From an uncultured Chitinophagales bacterium (GTDB lineage Bacteria > Bacteroidota > Bacteroidia > Chitinophagales > UBA8649), in contig CAZZMB010000004.1 in NCBI GenBank assembly GCA_964655225.1, forward strand, positions 14,508 to 78,507: a stretch of DNA of 64,000 nt. The letters run 5' to 3'. The notes beneath the pieces were generated by a model. The model was given only the letters and a program-made list of their open reading frames with translations. It had not been told where the DNA came from and did not search any database. Position numbers and translations under genes: made by a program. Shown here one piece after another: positions 9,269-19,193 of this stretch; the first letter of the stretch is position 1, and every line of letters begins with the position of its first letter.

Positions 9269-11671
9269 ATGAAAAAGATAATCGCATTACTCATTTTGTT
9301 AAGTTCCAGTTTCGTATCTGCCCAAAATGAATTTAATTGCTATCACTTTGATGAGCGGGGGCAAACGCGTGAGCATTTTGTCGATTTTAAATCTATGCTG
9401 CTAGACATAAGTTTTGATACCAAGGCCAGAGAAGTCCTGGGGCAAGTGCATTACGAGTTTACAACTATTCGACCTTCGATTAATCACTTAGTTTTGGATG
9501 CACCAGAAATATGGATAGAAGAGGTATTGTTTGATGGCACGCCTGTTCATTATAAGACTGAAGAGGAAAACTTAATCATTGATTTCCCAGCTTCGTTGCC
9601 ATGGGATGAGAATCACCAATTGGATATTACATATACTTGCCAACCGGAAAAAGGATTATATTTCCTAGGGTGGAAGGATTCGACCAATCGAGCAAGGAAA
9701 CAAATTTGGACGCAAGGTCAAGGAATCGATAACCGTTACTGGGTTCCAAGCTTCGATGATGTTAGCGATAAGCTCATTACTGAAACCAGAATTACTTTTG
9801 ACTCTAAATTCGAAGTTGTTTCTAATGGGGACTTAATTGGAAAAGAAGATTATGAAAATGGAATGAGCACTTGGCATTATAAAATGAAAGATTCACATGT
9901 GCCCTATTTACTAATGATTGCTATTGGGGAGTATGATTTCAAGGATATGATATCTTCTTCAGGAATTGTAAATCGACAGTTTTACTACCCCAATAAACCC
10001 GAAGAGTTCAAACACACCTATATGTATTCAGTCGAAATGATGGACTGGATGGAAAAAGAATTCCAAGTGGCCTACCCTTGGGGTAAAATATACCGAAATG
10101 TTCCTGTTGCAGATTTTTTATATGGCGCTATGGAAAACACAACTTCCACAATTTTTACAGATTATTACTTGAAAGATAGTAGGGAGTCATTAGACAGAAA
10201 TTATGTGGGCACTAATGCTCACGAGTTAACGCATCAGTGGTTTGGAGATTTAATTTCTGAATGGAACGGAGCAAGTCATTGGTTGCATGAAAGTTTTGCA
10301 ACGCATTATGCTAAACATTTTGAACGCAGTGTTTATGGGGAAGATTATTTCCAATGGGAACGAAATATGGAAATGCGAAGAGCAATGAGTGCGGATGACA
10401 AAAATGACCTACCTATTGCTCACAGCGAGTCAGGATCTTCCCGGCATTATCCCAAGGGGAGTTTTGTTATTGATATGCTTCGCGAGGCTGCAGGAGGAGA
10501 TGAGGCCTACAAAAAGGTGATAAATGCCTATTTGAAGAAATATGCGTTTAGGCACGTTGATACACATTTGTTTCAACTTGAATTTATGGAGGTTTTGGGA
10601 CTGAATTTGGATTGGTTTTTTGACCAATGGGTCCGTAAAGGTGGATATCCAATTTTTGAATGCGATTATGCTGAATCTGTTGGTCAGGTGGAGTTAAATA
10701 TTAAACAAATTCATGACCAAAGCGAAACAATTGGATTATTCAAAGTTCAAATGCCTATCCAAGTTAGTTTTAAGGACGGTAGCGATACTACATTCTTAGC
10801 AGACCTTCAAAATGAAGAACATTCTATTTCTATTCCTAATGTTGAAGGAAAGGCTATTCAATTCGTTTTGTTCAATGTAAACAACGCACTGTATGCAAAA
10901 ATTGTACATGAAAAAACAACTGCTGAACTTCTGGCACAAGCACTAGAAGCAAAGGATATGATCGATCGATATCGAGCTTTGGCCGAATTGGAAGATAGCC
11001 CATTGAAAGAAACAAGAGACATACTCTTAGAATGTTTTGAAAATGAAAGCTTTTTTGCTCCTCGGGCAAATATAGTTAAGCAATTAGCAAATGATAACAA
11101 CAGTAAAAGTCAAAAGCTAATCATGAAATCTCTGCTTGACGATGATGTGCGTGTCCGAAGAGCGGTGATTTATCATTTAGAAAAAATTTCAAAAAAAATG
11201 CAACCATTATGCGAAAAATTGTTGCTTGATAGCTCATATGTAAACATTGAAATGACTTTGGAAAAGCTTATTGAAGGGTTCCCAGAGCTTAAAGAGAAGT
11301 ACTTGAAAATAACCCAATTAGACGCGCAGAAAAATGATCTTCTAAATATCACGCATCTAAGCTTCAAAGCACAAGACAATGACCCCTTTGCGTATAGCCA
11401 TTTGCTTGATTATGCCGGACCTTCCTTTGAGTTTAGAACAAGAATTAAAGCGATAGAGGCCTTAACTGATCTCGCTTATCAGGGGGATGAATTTATTTTC
11501 CCGCTTATCGATGCAAGTGTAAATTTTAATCGCAGATTAGCTGGAGTGGCTAGCAATGTTTTGATGTCGATAGAAAATAAAGACTTGCTTATTGAACAAG
11601 TTGAAACGGCAGTCTTCGATAAGAATGAGCGCAAAAGAATTGACCAGTTAAAAACTAAGCTAGGGATTTAA
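9269..11671 (+). CDS. M1 family zinc metallopeptidase (aminopeptidase N-like) with a helical-repeat C-terminus
   Basis: Signal peptide, GAMEN exopeptidase motif, HELTHQWFGD (HExxH) plus downstream WLHESFA Glu. The C-terminal ~250 aa look HEAT-like. Confidence 0.85.
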   Translation: MKKIIALLILLSSSFVSAQNEFNCYHFDERGQTREHFVDFKSMLLDISFDTKAREVLGQVHYEFTTIRPSINHLVLDAPEIWIEEVLFDGTPVHYKTEEENLIIDFPASLPWDENHQLDITYTCQPEKGLYFLGWKDSTNRARKQIWTQGQGIDNRYWVPSFDDVSDKLITETRITFDSKFEVVSNGDLIGKEDYENGMSTWHYKMKDSHVPYLLMIAIGEYDFKDMISSSGIVNRQFYYPNKPEEFKHTYMYSVEMMDWMEKEFQVAYPWGKIYRNVPVADFLYGAMENTTSTIFTDYYLKDSRESLDRNYVGTNAHELTHQWFGDLISEWNGASHWLHESFATHYAKHFERSVYGEDYFQWERNMEMRRAMSADDKNDLPIAHSESGSSRHYPKGSFVIDMLREAAGGDEAYKKVINAYLKKYAFRHVDTHLFQLEFMEVLGLNLDWFFDQWVRKGGYPIFECDYAESVGQVELNIKQIHDQSETIGLFKVQMPIQVSFKDGSDTTFLADLQNEEHSISIPNVEGKAIQFVLFNVNNALYAKIVHEKTTAELLAQALEAKDMIDRYRALAELEDSPLKETRDILLECFENESFFAPRANIVKQLANDNNSKSQKLIMKSLLDDDVRVRRAVIYHLEKISKKMQPLCEKLLLDSSYVNIEMTLEKLIEGFPELKEKYLKITQLDAQKNDLLNITHLSFKAQDNDPFAYSHLLDYAGPSFEFRTRIKAIEALTDLAYQGDEFIFPLIDASVNFNRRLAGVASNVLMSIENKDLLIEQVETAVFDKNERKRIDQLKTKLGI

Positions 11672-12003
11672 ATTTTAATCTCTTTGATAGGATCCCAAAA
11701 GTGATTGTCAAAGTTTTGAACTTGCTGATTGCTGATTATTATCCCCTCTTCGCTTAGTAACTTTTCCATCAGTTCTGGTGGGAAAAAATGGTGTCTTCCA
11801 GTCAACAAACCTTTACGGTTTACCACCCGATGGGCAGGCACGGCAGGCTCAACATCATGTGAATTATTCATCGCATACCCGACCATTCTTGCCGCTTTTT
11901 TTGCTCCAACAGCGGCTGCAATTGCTCCATAGGTAGATACTCGCCCTTCAGGTATCAATCGAACTACAGCATATACTTGATCAAAGAAACTTAAGTCTTT
12001 CAT
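11668..12003 (-). CDS. MGMT-family DNA-binding protein lacking the acceptor Cys (alkyltransferase-like, ATL)
   Basis: 111 aa with a helix-turn-helix region (STYGAIAAAVG...ARMVGYAM). The active-site motif reads PAHRVV instead of PCHRV. Confidence 0.8.
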   Translation of the reverse strand: MKDLSFFDQVYAVVRLIPEGRVSTYGAIAAAVGAKKAARMVGYAMNNSHDVEPAVPAHRVVNRKGLLTGRHHFFPPELMEKLLSEEGIIISNQQVQNFDNHFWDPIKEIKI

Positions 12004-12030
12004 TGCTTTATATTATTACTCGAGCACACA

Positions 12031-12723
12031 CTACTGAAACAAATTAAACTGCACATAATTGATATTCCGTCCATCCTTTATGTGCATCCTCTCATAGAAG
12101 GTTTGGATTTCGGTTAGCTCAGGATAAGCAGTCCCTTTTCTATAGATATCTCGCTCTACAACGTTGTAATCCATTTCCTTGCCGTCTAAAACACCCATGG
12201 TGTAATCAAAGAGTAATTCACTATCGGTTTTAACATGAATAATGGCATCCTTTGAGCAAATTTTCTTATATAAGTCTAAAAATTTAGGGGAAGTTAAGCG
12301 GTGCTTTGCATGCCTGTCTTTTGGAAATGGATCTGAAAAAACAATCCATATTTCCTGCACCTCTCCAGCCTCAAAAAACGCTTCTAAAAGCTCAATCTTT
12401 GTTCGCAGGTAGGCAGCATTTTCGAGGTTTTCTTCCAAAGCATCTTTAGCCCCTTTATGTATTCGAGCTCCCTTAATATCAATACCAATAAAATTTCGAT
12501 TGGCGTGGCGCTTTGCCAAATTGAAGGTGTATTCCCCTTTACCACATGCAAGTTCAAGTGTTAACGGATGGTTGTTGTTGAAATGCATCTTCTTCCACTT
12601 CCCTTTCAAGTCTATAGAGTCTCCCTTAAAGTTAACTAAACTGGGATTTTTAAAATCCAAATTTTGATAAAAATTGGGAAAGGATTTTAGTTCCGTAAAT
12701 CGTTTTAGTTTGTCTTTGCCCAT
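12031..12723 (-). CDS. trmB: tRNA (guanine-N7)-methyltransferase
   Basis: SAM-binding LELACGKGEY, and FSDPFPK and HVKTD motifs. I prefer the ATG at 12723 (MGKDKLKRF), because the TTG at 12756 lies inside a predicted -7 promoter box. Confidence 0.85.
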   Translation of the reverse strand: MGKDKLKRFTELKSFPNFYQNLDFKNPSLVNFKGDSIDLKGKWKKMHFNNNHPLTLELACGKGEYTFNLAKRHANRNFIGIDIKGARIHKGAKDALEENLENAAYLRTKIELLEAFFEAGEVQEIWIVFSDPFPKDRHAKHRLTSPKFLDLYKKICSKDAIIHVKTDSELLFDYTMGVLDGKEMDYNVVERDIYRKGTAYPELTEIQTFYERMHIKDGRNINYVQFNLFQ

Positions 12724-12753
12724 AATGATGTTTATTCTAGTGGATATACTTTG

Positions 12754-12761
12754 CAAAAATA
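12754..12761 (-). promoter_or_regulatory. Candidate Bacteroidota -7 promoter box (TATTTTTG) for trmB
   Basis: Exact TAnnTTTG match on the minus strand, ~30 nt upstream of the ATG at 12723. Confidence 0.4.
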
Positions 12762-12921
12762 CAAGGATTCATTTACTTTCGGCCTAGATAGATAGGCTAA
12801 TTCTCTTTCACACTAGGCTTTTTTTGTCTTTTTTTAATCATATGCTTAGAGTATCTTTACAATCTTGAAATTGATGTCTCAAACTATTTTACAGATTAAT
12901 GCGTTTATAAGAGACTAGAAT

Positions 12922-15900
12922 ATGGTAGTTAAAAAAATATTTTTTATTTTACTTGGACTCTTTGCTTTAGTCCCTTTTGCTCAAGCCACTCATTTGGTAG
13001 GAGGAGAGATGACTTATGTGCGTTTAGCAGGCAATACGGTTCGGGTAACGTTGACAGTTTATCGAGACAATATCAATGGTCAAGCTGCATTTGATGGGGC
13101 TGCGACGCCCAATGCCGCAGATTGTACAATAAGTTTTTATGCTGATAATGGGGCATTTTTAGAAGCAATTCAAATTGCTTTGGACAATGTTACATTGGTA
13201 AATATTCAATTGCAACCCTGCCAGGAAGAAATACCCGGAATAGAAACGCAAGAAGGGACTTACGTATTTGATGTTAACTTGAATAGTATAAATGGCTTTA
13301 ATCCTGCGCAGGGCGTTACGCTAGTTTATGGGAGGTGTTGTCGAAATGGTATTATTGACAATTTGAATAATCCTGGGGATCAAGGATTCTCTGCATTGGT
13401 CAGGGTTCCGCCATTAGCTATTCAAAATAGCTCTCCAATATTTAATAGTTTTGAGCAATATTTATGCGTAAATAGGTTCAACCAAATGGATTTTTCTGCC
13501 ACAGATCCTGACGGTGATTCTTTATACTATTTTCTTTGTGACCCTTATTTGGGTTTGGATGACAATGCACCAGCTGCAGATGCTTTCAATTTAAATTTTG
13601 GTGGCACCTACATAAACTATGGACCTCCTTATAACACCATCGCATGGGATGCAGCTGCTGGGTATTCTGCAGTAAATCCTTTGGGCGGTGTAATGGCTTT
13701 GAACGGAGCAACGGGAATTTTAGGAGCAACACCGCCTACCACAGGAGTTTTTGTGATGGGGGTATGTGTCTCTGAATATAGAAATGGGGTACTCTTGAGT
13801 ACGGTAAGTAGAGATTTTCAATACCTCGTGTCTCAATGTGATTTTCCTGATATATTGATCGCAACAGATCCCAATTTAGCGCAAGATTCTGCTACTGGTT
13901 TATTTACAATTGATGCGGATTGCAACGAGGGTATTGTAAATTTTAACTTAGCTAATAATGTGGATATTGTGGGCTACTCTTGGGATTTTGGCGATCCAAC
14001 TACAGCTTCAGATACATCAAACCTTCAAAATCCAAGCTACTTTTATTCAGATACAGGTACATTTATTGTCACCGTAATTGGTTTTGCAGCAGATGGTTGC
14101 GCGGATACTTCGCAAGGACTAGTAATCTTCTATCCTATTTTTGACCCGGGATACACCTACGAAGATTCATGTTTAAATCAAGATGTGGTGTTTATAGATA
14201 CATCCTTTTCAACGACGGGCAATTTAAATTCTTGGACATGGAATTTTGGTGATCCTGGCACTACCCAGGATACCTCTACCAATCGATTTCCCAATTACCA
14301 ATATACGACTGCGGGTACTTTTACTGCTAGTTTGATTGTTACTACAGATAAAGGGTGCATCGATACCGTGTACAATAATATTACTATCCATCCCTTACCC
14401 GAGCCATCCTTTAGTTTGTCTAATCCGCAATGTGAGGGCACGCCGGTGACTTTATCAAATACTTCTCAAATTCAAAGTGGTAATATCCAAAATTATGAAT
14501 GGGTTCTTGACAGTGTAGTTTTCAATTCAACTGACGTCCTATATAATTTTTCCACAGCGGGTGTTTATCCGGTGCAGCTTATTCAAATATCTGACTTAGG
14601 GTGTACAGATACCTTACTTCAAAATATTACAATTAATGCGCTTCCTACAGCTAATGTTGTGGGCAATTCTCCAATTTGTCCGAATACCAATACACCTATT
14701 TTAGCTTCAGGCGGTGTGGATTATCAATGGACGGCAAACCCCTTACTAAGTGCGGATGACATTGCTAACCCTATTGTAAGCATGCTGGATAACCCAGCAA
14801 CATTTTATGTTCAGGTAACAGATAGTAACCAATGCATAAGCAATGACTCCTTATTTATGGATTTGTTTGCCTTACCTCCTGCAGAAGCGGGACCAGACAC
14901 ATCTGTTTGTTTGAATGCTACGAATGTTATATCATTTAATACATCCGTTCAGTTGCAAGCCAGTGGTGGCGTGAACTATGTTTGGGCACCTAATATTGCT
15001 TTAACGACAGACACTGCAGCAGTTACGATTGCATCACCAGATTCCACTATCACCTATACCGTTACCGTTACAGATACAAACTCTTGTGTCAATATAGATT
15101 CGGTCAACGTTGTGGTGCTCAATCCAGCATTAGAGCTTGTTTCAGTTGAAGTAGATTCTTTGTGTTTTGGTGACACGGTCTTCGTAGATGTTTTGGATGT
15201 TGGAAATGTTACCTCTTACACTTGGTCACCGAACCAATTTATAACGGACAATTCAATCAGAGAACCAGGATTCTTCCCGCCTTTAACTCAAGAATATTTT
15301 TTAGAAACGATCAACTATTGCTATCTAGATCGGGATACGGTGACTATTGAGGTTGTTTCTCCACCAGCTATTGATGCAGGACCTCTCGATTCAATATGTA
15401 TAGGAGATTCTCCTTATCAGTTGGATGCCCAACCCAATACCTATGATTTTTATCAATGGTCAACAGTTGATGCAAGCATAAGTGATAATTCTATACCAAA
15501 TCCAACAGTACAACCAGCGGTAAATGCTTGGTACTATATTTTTGCAGTAGACACCGTGGGTTCCTTGTCTTGTGAGAGCGAAGACTCTGTCCAAATTCTT
15601 GTTTATAATGTGCCGGATTTAGCCTTAAATTATCCCGTTAACTATCCTGGCTATATTTGCCAAGGAGATTTACTGGACTTAACCGCTACTTCATTTGATG
15701 GGACTCAATACACTTGGACCTCTAATCCCGTTTCATTAATTACAAATCCTAATAGTTCAGTGGCTACAATATCTCCTGCAGATACGTCCACCTTTTTTAA
15801 TACAGTGACCAATGTGCATGGTTGCTCTACTTCAGATTCAATAGTTGTGGATGTTCAATTGCCGGTAGTAGCTTCGATTGAGGGAGATACCATCATGTGT

Positions 15901-16614
15901 GTGGGTTCATATGTAGATCTAGAAGCTGTTGGAGGATTGTATTATCAATGGCAGCCAGATACTATATTTTCGAATCCTCAGTTTTACCTGACTCAAGCCT
16001 CTCCAGATAGCTCTTTGACGGTGAATGTCACAGTCAGTAATGATTGCTTTAGTGATGTTGCGACTCACCCAATTATAGTAAGCCAATTACCCACGGTCGA
16101 TGCCGGACAAGATGTAACCATTATTCGTGATGAAACAGGATTTATCAATGGATCAGGTTCTGGTGAACCTTTGTGGTATACTGAAGATAAAACCTTCGAT
16201 GGACTTATCGATATACCAAGTATATTTAATCCGGAAGTTAGTCCACTGAGTACAATAAATTACGTTTTAGAAATTACTGACCCTCTGACAAATTGTGTTA
16301 ATTATGATACCATGACAGTTTTTGTTGATGTGGTAACTTTATTGGCATTCCCGTCAGGTTTCTCACCAAACGGTAATGGAGTTAATGATTTTGCGGGACT
16401 AATTAAGTGGCTTAATATTGAAAGATTGGTATATCTATCCATTTATGATAGATGGGGTGAAGAAGTTTTTAGAACGGATGAATTGTTGGGTTCATGGGAT
16501 GGAACTTATCGAGGGCGAGATTGCGAAATAGGGACATACATGTGGGATATTCGTGCGGTTACCAAAGATCAAGAAGCAATCAATCGCAAGGGGAATATTA
16601 CATTGATTCGCTAA
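12922..16614 (+). CDS. Large T9SS type B cargo: cell-surface adhesin-like protein with PKD domains and repeated Cys-bracketed Ig-like modules
   Basis: Signal peptide and an N-terminal THLVGGEMTY module. Two PKD-like units (WDFGDP..., WNFGDPGT...). Repeated ~75-80-aa modules (ASGGVDYQWT, ASGGVNYVWAP, AVGGLYYQWQP). The C-terminus FSPNGNGVNDF...IYDRWGEEVF...WDGTYRGR...GTYMWDI...GNITLIR is the gliding-motility-associated CTD. Confidence 0.85.
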   Translation: MVVKKIFFILLGLFALVPFAQATHLVGGEMTYVRLAGNTVRVTLTVYRDNINGQAAFDGAATPNAADCTISFYADNGAFLEAIQIALDNVTLVNIQLQPCQEEIPGIETQEGTYVFDVNLNSINGFNPAQGVTLVYGRCCRNGIIDNLNNPGDQGFSALVRVPPLAIQNSSPIFNSFEQYLCVNRFNQMDFSATDPDGDSLYYFLCDPYLGLDDNAPAADAFNLNFGGTYINYGPPYNTIAWDAAAGYSAVNPLGGVMALNGATGILGATPPTTGVFVMGVCVSEYRNGVLLSTVSRDFQYLVSQCDFPDILIATDPNLAQDSATGLFTIDADCNEGIVNFNLANNVDIVGYSWDFGDPTTASDTSNLQNPSYFYSDTGTFIVTVIGFAADGCADTSQGLVIFYPIFDPGYTYEDSCLNQDVVFIDTSFSTTGNLNSWTWNFGDPGTTQDTSTNRFPNYQYTTAGTFTASLIVTTDKGCIDTVYNNITIHPLPEPSFSLSNPQCEGTPVTLSNTSQIQSGNIQNYEWVLDSVVFNSTDVLYNFSTAGVYPVQLIQISDLGCTDTLLQNITINALPTANVVGNSPICPNTNTPILASGGVDYQWTANPLLSADDIANPIVSMLDNPATFYVQVTDSNQCISNDSLFMDLFALPPAEAGPDTSVCLNATNVISFNTSVQLQASGGVNYVWAPNIALTTDTAAVTIASPDSTITYTVTVTDTNSCVNIDSVNVVVLNPALELVSVEVDSLCFGDTVFVDVLDVGNVTSYTWSPNQFITDNSIREPGFFPPLTQEYFLETINYCYLDRDTVTIEVVSPPAIDAGPLDSICIGDSPYQLDAQPNTYDFYQWSTVDASISDNSIPNPTVQPAVNAWYYIFAVDTVGSLSCESEDSVQILVYNVPDLALNYPVNYPGYICQGDLLDLTATSFDGTQYTWTSNPVSLITNPNSSVATISPADTSTFFNTVTNVHGCSTSDSIVVDVQLPVVASIEGDTIMCVGSYVDLEAVGGLYYQWQPDTIFSNPQFYLTQASPDSSLTVNVTVSNDCFSDVATHPIIVSQLPTVDAGQDVTIIRDETGFINGSGSGEPLWYTEDKTFDGLIDIPSIFNPEVSPLSTINYVLEITDPLTNCVNYDTMTVFVDVVTLLAFPSGFSPNGNGVNDFAGLIKWLNIERLVYLSIYDRWGEEVFRTDELLGSWDGTYRGRDCEIGTYMWDIRAVTKDQEAINRKGNITLIR

Positions 16615-16634
16615 ACATTAATACCTTAAACAGC

Positions 16635-16976
16635 ATGAGTATCAGATATTTTCTATTGTTAGGATTTGGCAGTCTATGTTTTATAGCATGCCAACCAGAT
16701 GCTAATCAATCTAGTCCGGTGGATAAAGTTGAAGAAGTATATGTTTCGATGTCTGGCAGGGCTGTTTACGACATGTATTGTGTGGCTTGTCATGGAGCTA
16801 ATGGTAAAATGATGTTCTCCGGAGCAAGCGATCTTTCAATTTCAAAGCTTGATCTCCAAACACGTATTACACAAATCAAGAATGGCAAAGGAGTGATGAA
16901 CGCCTTTAAAAATATCCTCAATGAAGAGGAGATAGAAAAAGTTGCGGTTTATGTGGAAGAACTTCGAATAAATTAA
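16635..16976 (+). CDS. Class I c-type cytochrome, lipoprotein
   Basis: I prefer the ATG at 16635 (MSIRYFLLLGFGSLCFIAC lipobox). It has a single CVACH heme motif and a distal Met in GKGVMNAF. Confidence 0.8.
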   Translation: MSIRYFLLLGFGSLCFIACQPDANQSSPVDKVEEVYVSMSGRAVYDMYCVACHGANGKMMFSGASDLSISKLDLQTRITQIKNGKGVMNAFKNILNEEEIEKVAVYVEELRIN

Positions 16977-16986
16977 TCATATCCAA

Positions 16987-18114
16987 TTGCAAAAGTCAGC
17001 AAAAAGTTATTTCGCTATAGGTTTAATGTCAGGGAGCTCCTTAGACGGTTTAGACATCACTTATTGTAAATATACTAAGGATGTCGGTTCCGAAGGACAA
17101 GCAAATTGGTCCTTTGAACTATTGTATGCTAAAACTGCAGCGCTTAAACATTGGGAATCACAATTAGCTCATGCGGCAGACTATTCCATAGCTGAGCTCG
17201 ATAAACTTAGTAAAGAATTTGCTGTATATATGGTCGAAGAGCTCGATCATTTCCTCCTTGAATATAAAATTGAGCAGATTGATTTGGTCTCCTCTCATGG
17301 GCATACCATTTCTCATCATCCGGAAATTGGAAAAACTTGCCAAATTGGCGATGGACAAACCATGGCAGATATACTCGGTCAAACTGTTGTAAACAATCTT
17401 AGGCAAAGAGATATCGATGAGGGAGGTCAAGGTGCGCCAATAGTCCCCATAGGCGATAAGCATTTGTTTGGAGAGTATCAGTTCTGTTTAAATATTGGAG
17501 GCATTGCAAACATCAGTATCAAATCATTGAAAGGACTGATTGCGTTTGATGTTTGTTCAGCCAATCAAGTCTTAAATTCCTACGCCTTACAATTAGGCAG
17601 TCCTTTCGATAAAGATGGAGAATATGCTAGGAAAGGGTCAATTAATAATGGCTTGCTGCAAAAACTCAATGCCTTTGAATACTACCAAAAAGTATATCCG
17701 AAATCTTTGGATAATTCATATTCAAAAAAGTTAATTGCTAAGATTAATTCAGTTGAGATTAACCCGCAAAATGCTTTAGCTACCTACACTGAACACATAG
17801 CCGTGCAGCTTGCAAAATGTATTGAAACGTTAAAGAAAAACTTAGGCTTAAATTTCTCCAAAAATACAAGCCTACTTGTGACAGGGGGAGGAGCTTTTAA
17901 TAGTTTTTTACTTGAACGATGCCAAAGTTATCTGTCTGTTGGGTTACATATTCCAAGTGCTGAAATCATCAATTATAAAGAAGCAATAGTTATGGGATTC
18001 ATAGGGGTACTTAGGCTGCGTGAGGAAGTAAATGTTCTAGCTTCAGTCACTGGAGCTACTAGGGATACATCTTGTGGGGATATTTATCATCCTAAGTTGA
18101 ATAAACTTGATTAA
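16987..18114 (+). CDS. anmK: Anhydro-N-acetylmuramic acid kinase
   Basis: GLMSGSSLDGLD N-terminal motif and C-terminal LLVTGGGAFNSFL. A TTG start appears to be required to include the conserved N-terminus. Confidence 0.85.
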   Translation: MQKSAKSYFAIGLMSGSSLDGLDITYCKYTKDVGSEGQANWSFELLYAKTAALKHWESQLAHAADYSIAELDKLSKEFAVYMVEELDHFLLEYKIEQIDLVSSHGHTISHHPEIGKTCQIGDGQTMADILGQTVVNNLRQRDIDEGGQGAPIVPIGDKHLFGEYQFCLNIGGIANISIKSLKGLIAFDVCSANQVLNSYALQLGSPFDKDGEYARKGSINNGLLQKLNAFEYYQKVYPKSLDNSYSKKLIAKINSVEINPQNALATYTEHIAVQLAKCIETLKKNLGLNFSKNTSLLVTGGGAFNSFLLERCQSYLSVGLHIPSAEIINYKEAIVMGFIGVLRLREEVNVLASVTGATRDTSCGDIYHPKLNKLD

Positions 18115-18125
18115 ATTTATACCCT

Positions 18126-19112
18126 ATGAGTAATAAGATATTGGTAACTGGAGCCACTGGATTTGTCGGTGCAGAGATTGTAAAGCAGCTTGTGAATCAA
18201 GGAAAGTCAGTGAAGGCTCTAAAAAGAAAGACGAGCAATACCCAATTTCTGAAGGATTATGAGGGAAGTTTTGAATGGGTGATAGGAGATGTTAATGATA
18301 TTCCATCTTTGGAAAGTGCATTTGAGGATGTTGACTATGTCTATCATAGTGCAGCGATGATTTCATTCGACCCTGCACAGAAGCACAAAATGTTTAAAGT
18401 TAATATTGAGGGCACAGCTAATATGGTTAATATATCCCTGGAAAACGGAATAAAGAAGTTCCTTCAAGTAAGTTCTGTTTCTGCTTTTGGCAGATATGAT
18501 ATTAAGCATCCTATCAATGAAGAAACTAAATGGTTTGAGCATGATGAGAACACCAATTATGCCATAGCGAAAAATCGAAGTGAACTAGAAGTTTGGAGAG
18601 CACAAGAAGAAGGTTTGAATATGGTTATTGTCAATCCTGCAACAATTTTAGGTTTTGGCGATTGGATGCAGGGCTCATCCCAAATTTTTAAAAACGTATA
18701 TGATGAGATTAGTTTTTATCCGACTGGAATCAATGGATTTGTTGGTCTAGAAGATGTGGCTAAGGCATGTATTCAATTGATGGATAGTGACATTAATGGC
18801 GAGCGATTCATCATTTCGGCAGAGAACTTAGCATTTAAGGAGTTGTTTGAAATGATTGCAAAAGGTTTTGGTACGAAAGTGCCTAGTAAACCAATTTCTC
18901 CCTTTCTTCGGGCTATTGGCTGGCGTTTTTATTGGATGAAATCCAAATTATTGGGACAACAACCCTTGGTGACCAAAGAGACGACATTGTATACTTCTCG
19001 AGATTACATTTATGAGAATGATAAGATTAGAAGGACTCTAGATTTTCAATTTGAGAGCATAAAAGGGGTCGTTCAAAGAACTTGTAAAAAGTATCAAGAG
19101 GCACAAATCTAG
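18126..19112 (+). CDS. NAD-dependent epimerase/dehydratase family (extended SDR) protein
   Basis: VTGATGFVGAEIV Rossmann motif and a YxxxK-like YAIAK. 328 aa. Confidence 0.75.
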   Translation: MSNKILVTGATGFVGAEIVKQLVNQGKSVKALKRKTSNTQFLKDYEGSFEWVIGDVNDIPSLESAFEDVDYVYHSAAMISFDPAQKHKMFKVNIEGTANMVNISLENGIKKFLQVSSVSAFGRYDIKHPINEETKWFEHDENTNYAIAKNRSELEVWRAQEEGLNMVIVNPATILGFGDWMQGSSQIFKNVYDEISFYPTGINGFVGLEDVAKACIQLMDSDINGERFIISAENLAFKELFEMIAKGFGTKVPSKPISPFLRAIGWRFYWMKSKLLGQQPLVTKETTLYTSRDYIYENDKIRRTLDFQFESIKGVVQRTCKKYQEAQI

Positions 19113-19193
19113 GCGCGTGGGTAGTATGTCTTGGTTGATAGATATATCTTGAAATTCTTCTAACAAACTATAGCTAAGGCTAAGATGAACGAT

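Noticed and set aside
12783-12829. Terminator-like hairpin (GCCTAG...CTAGGC plus a T-run) in the divergent trmB/adhesin promoter region.
   Set aside because: The stem is only 6 bp with a ~25-nt loop, and no upstream plus-strand gene exists for it to terminate. It is most likely coincidental in AT-rich DNA.
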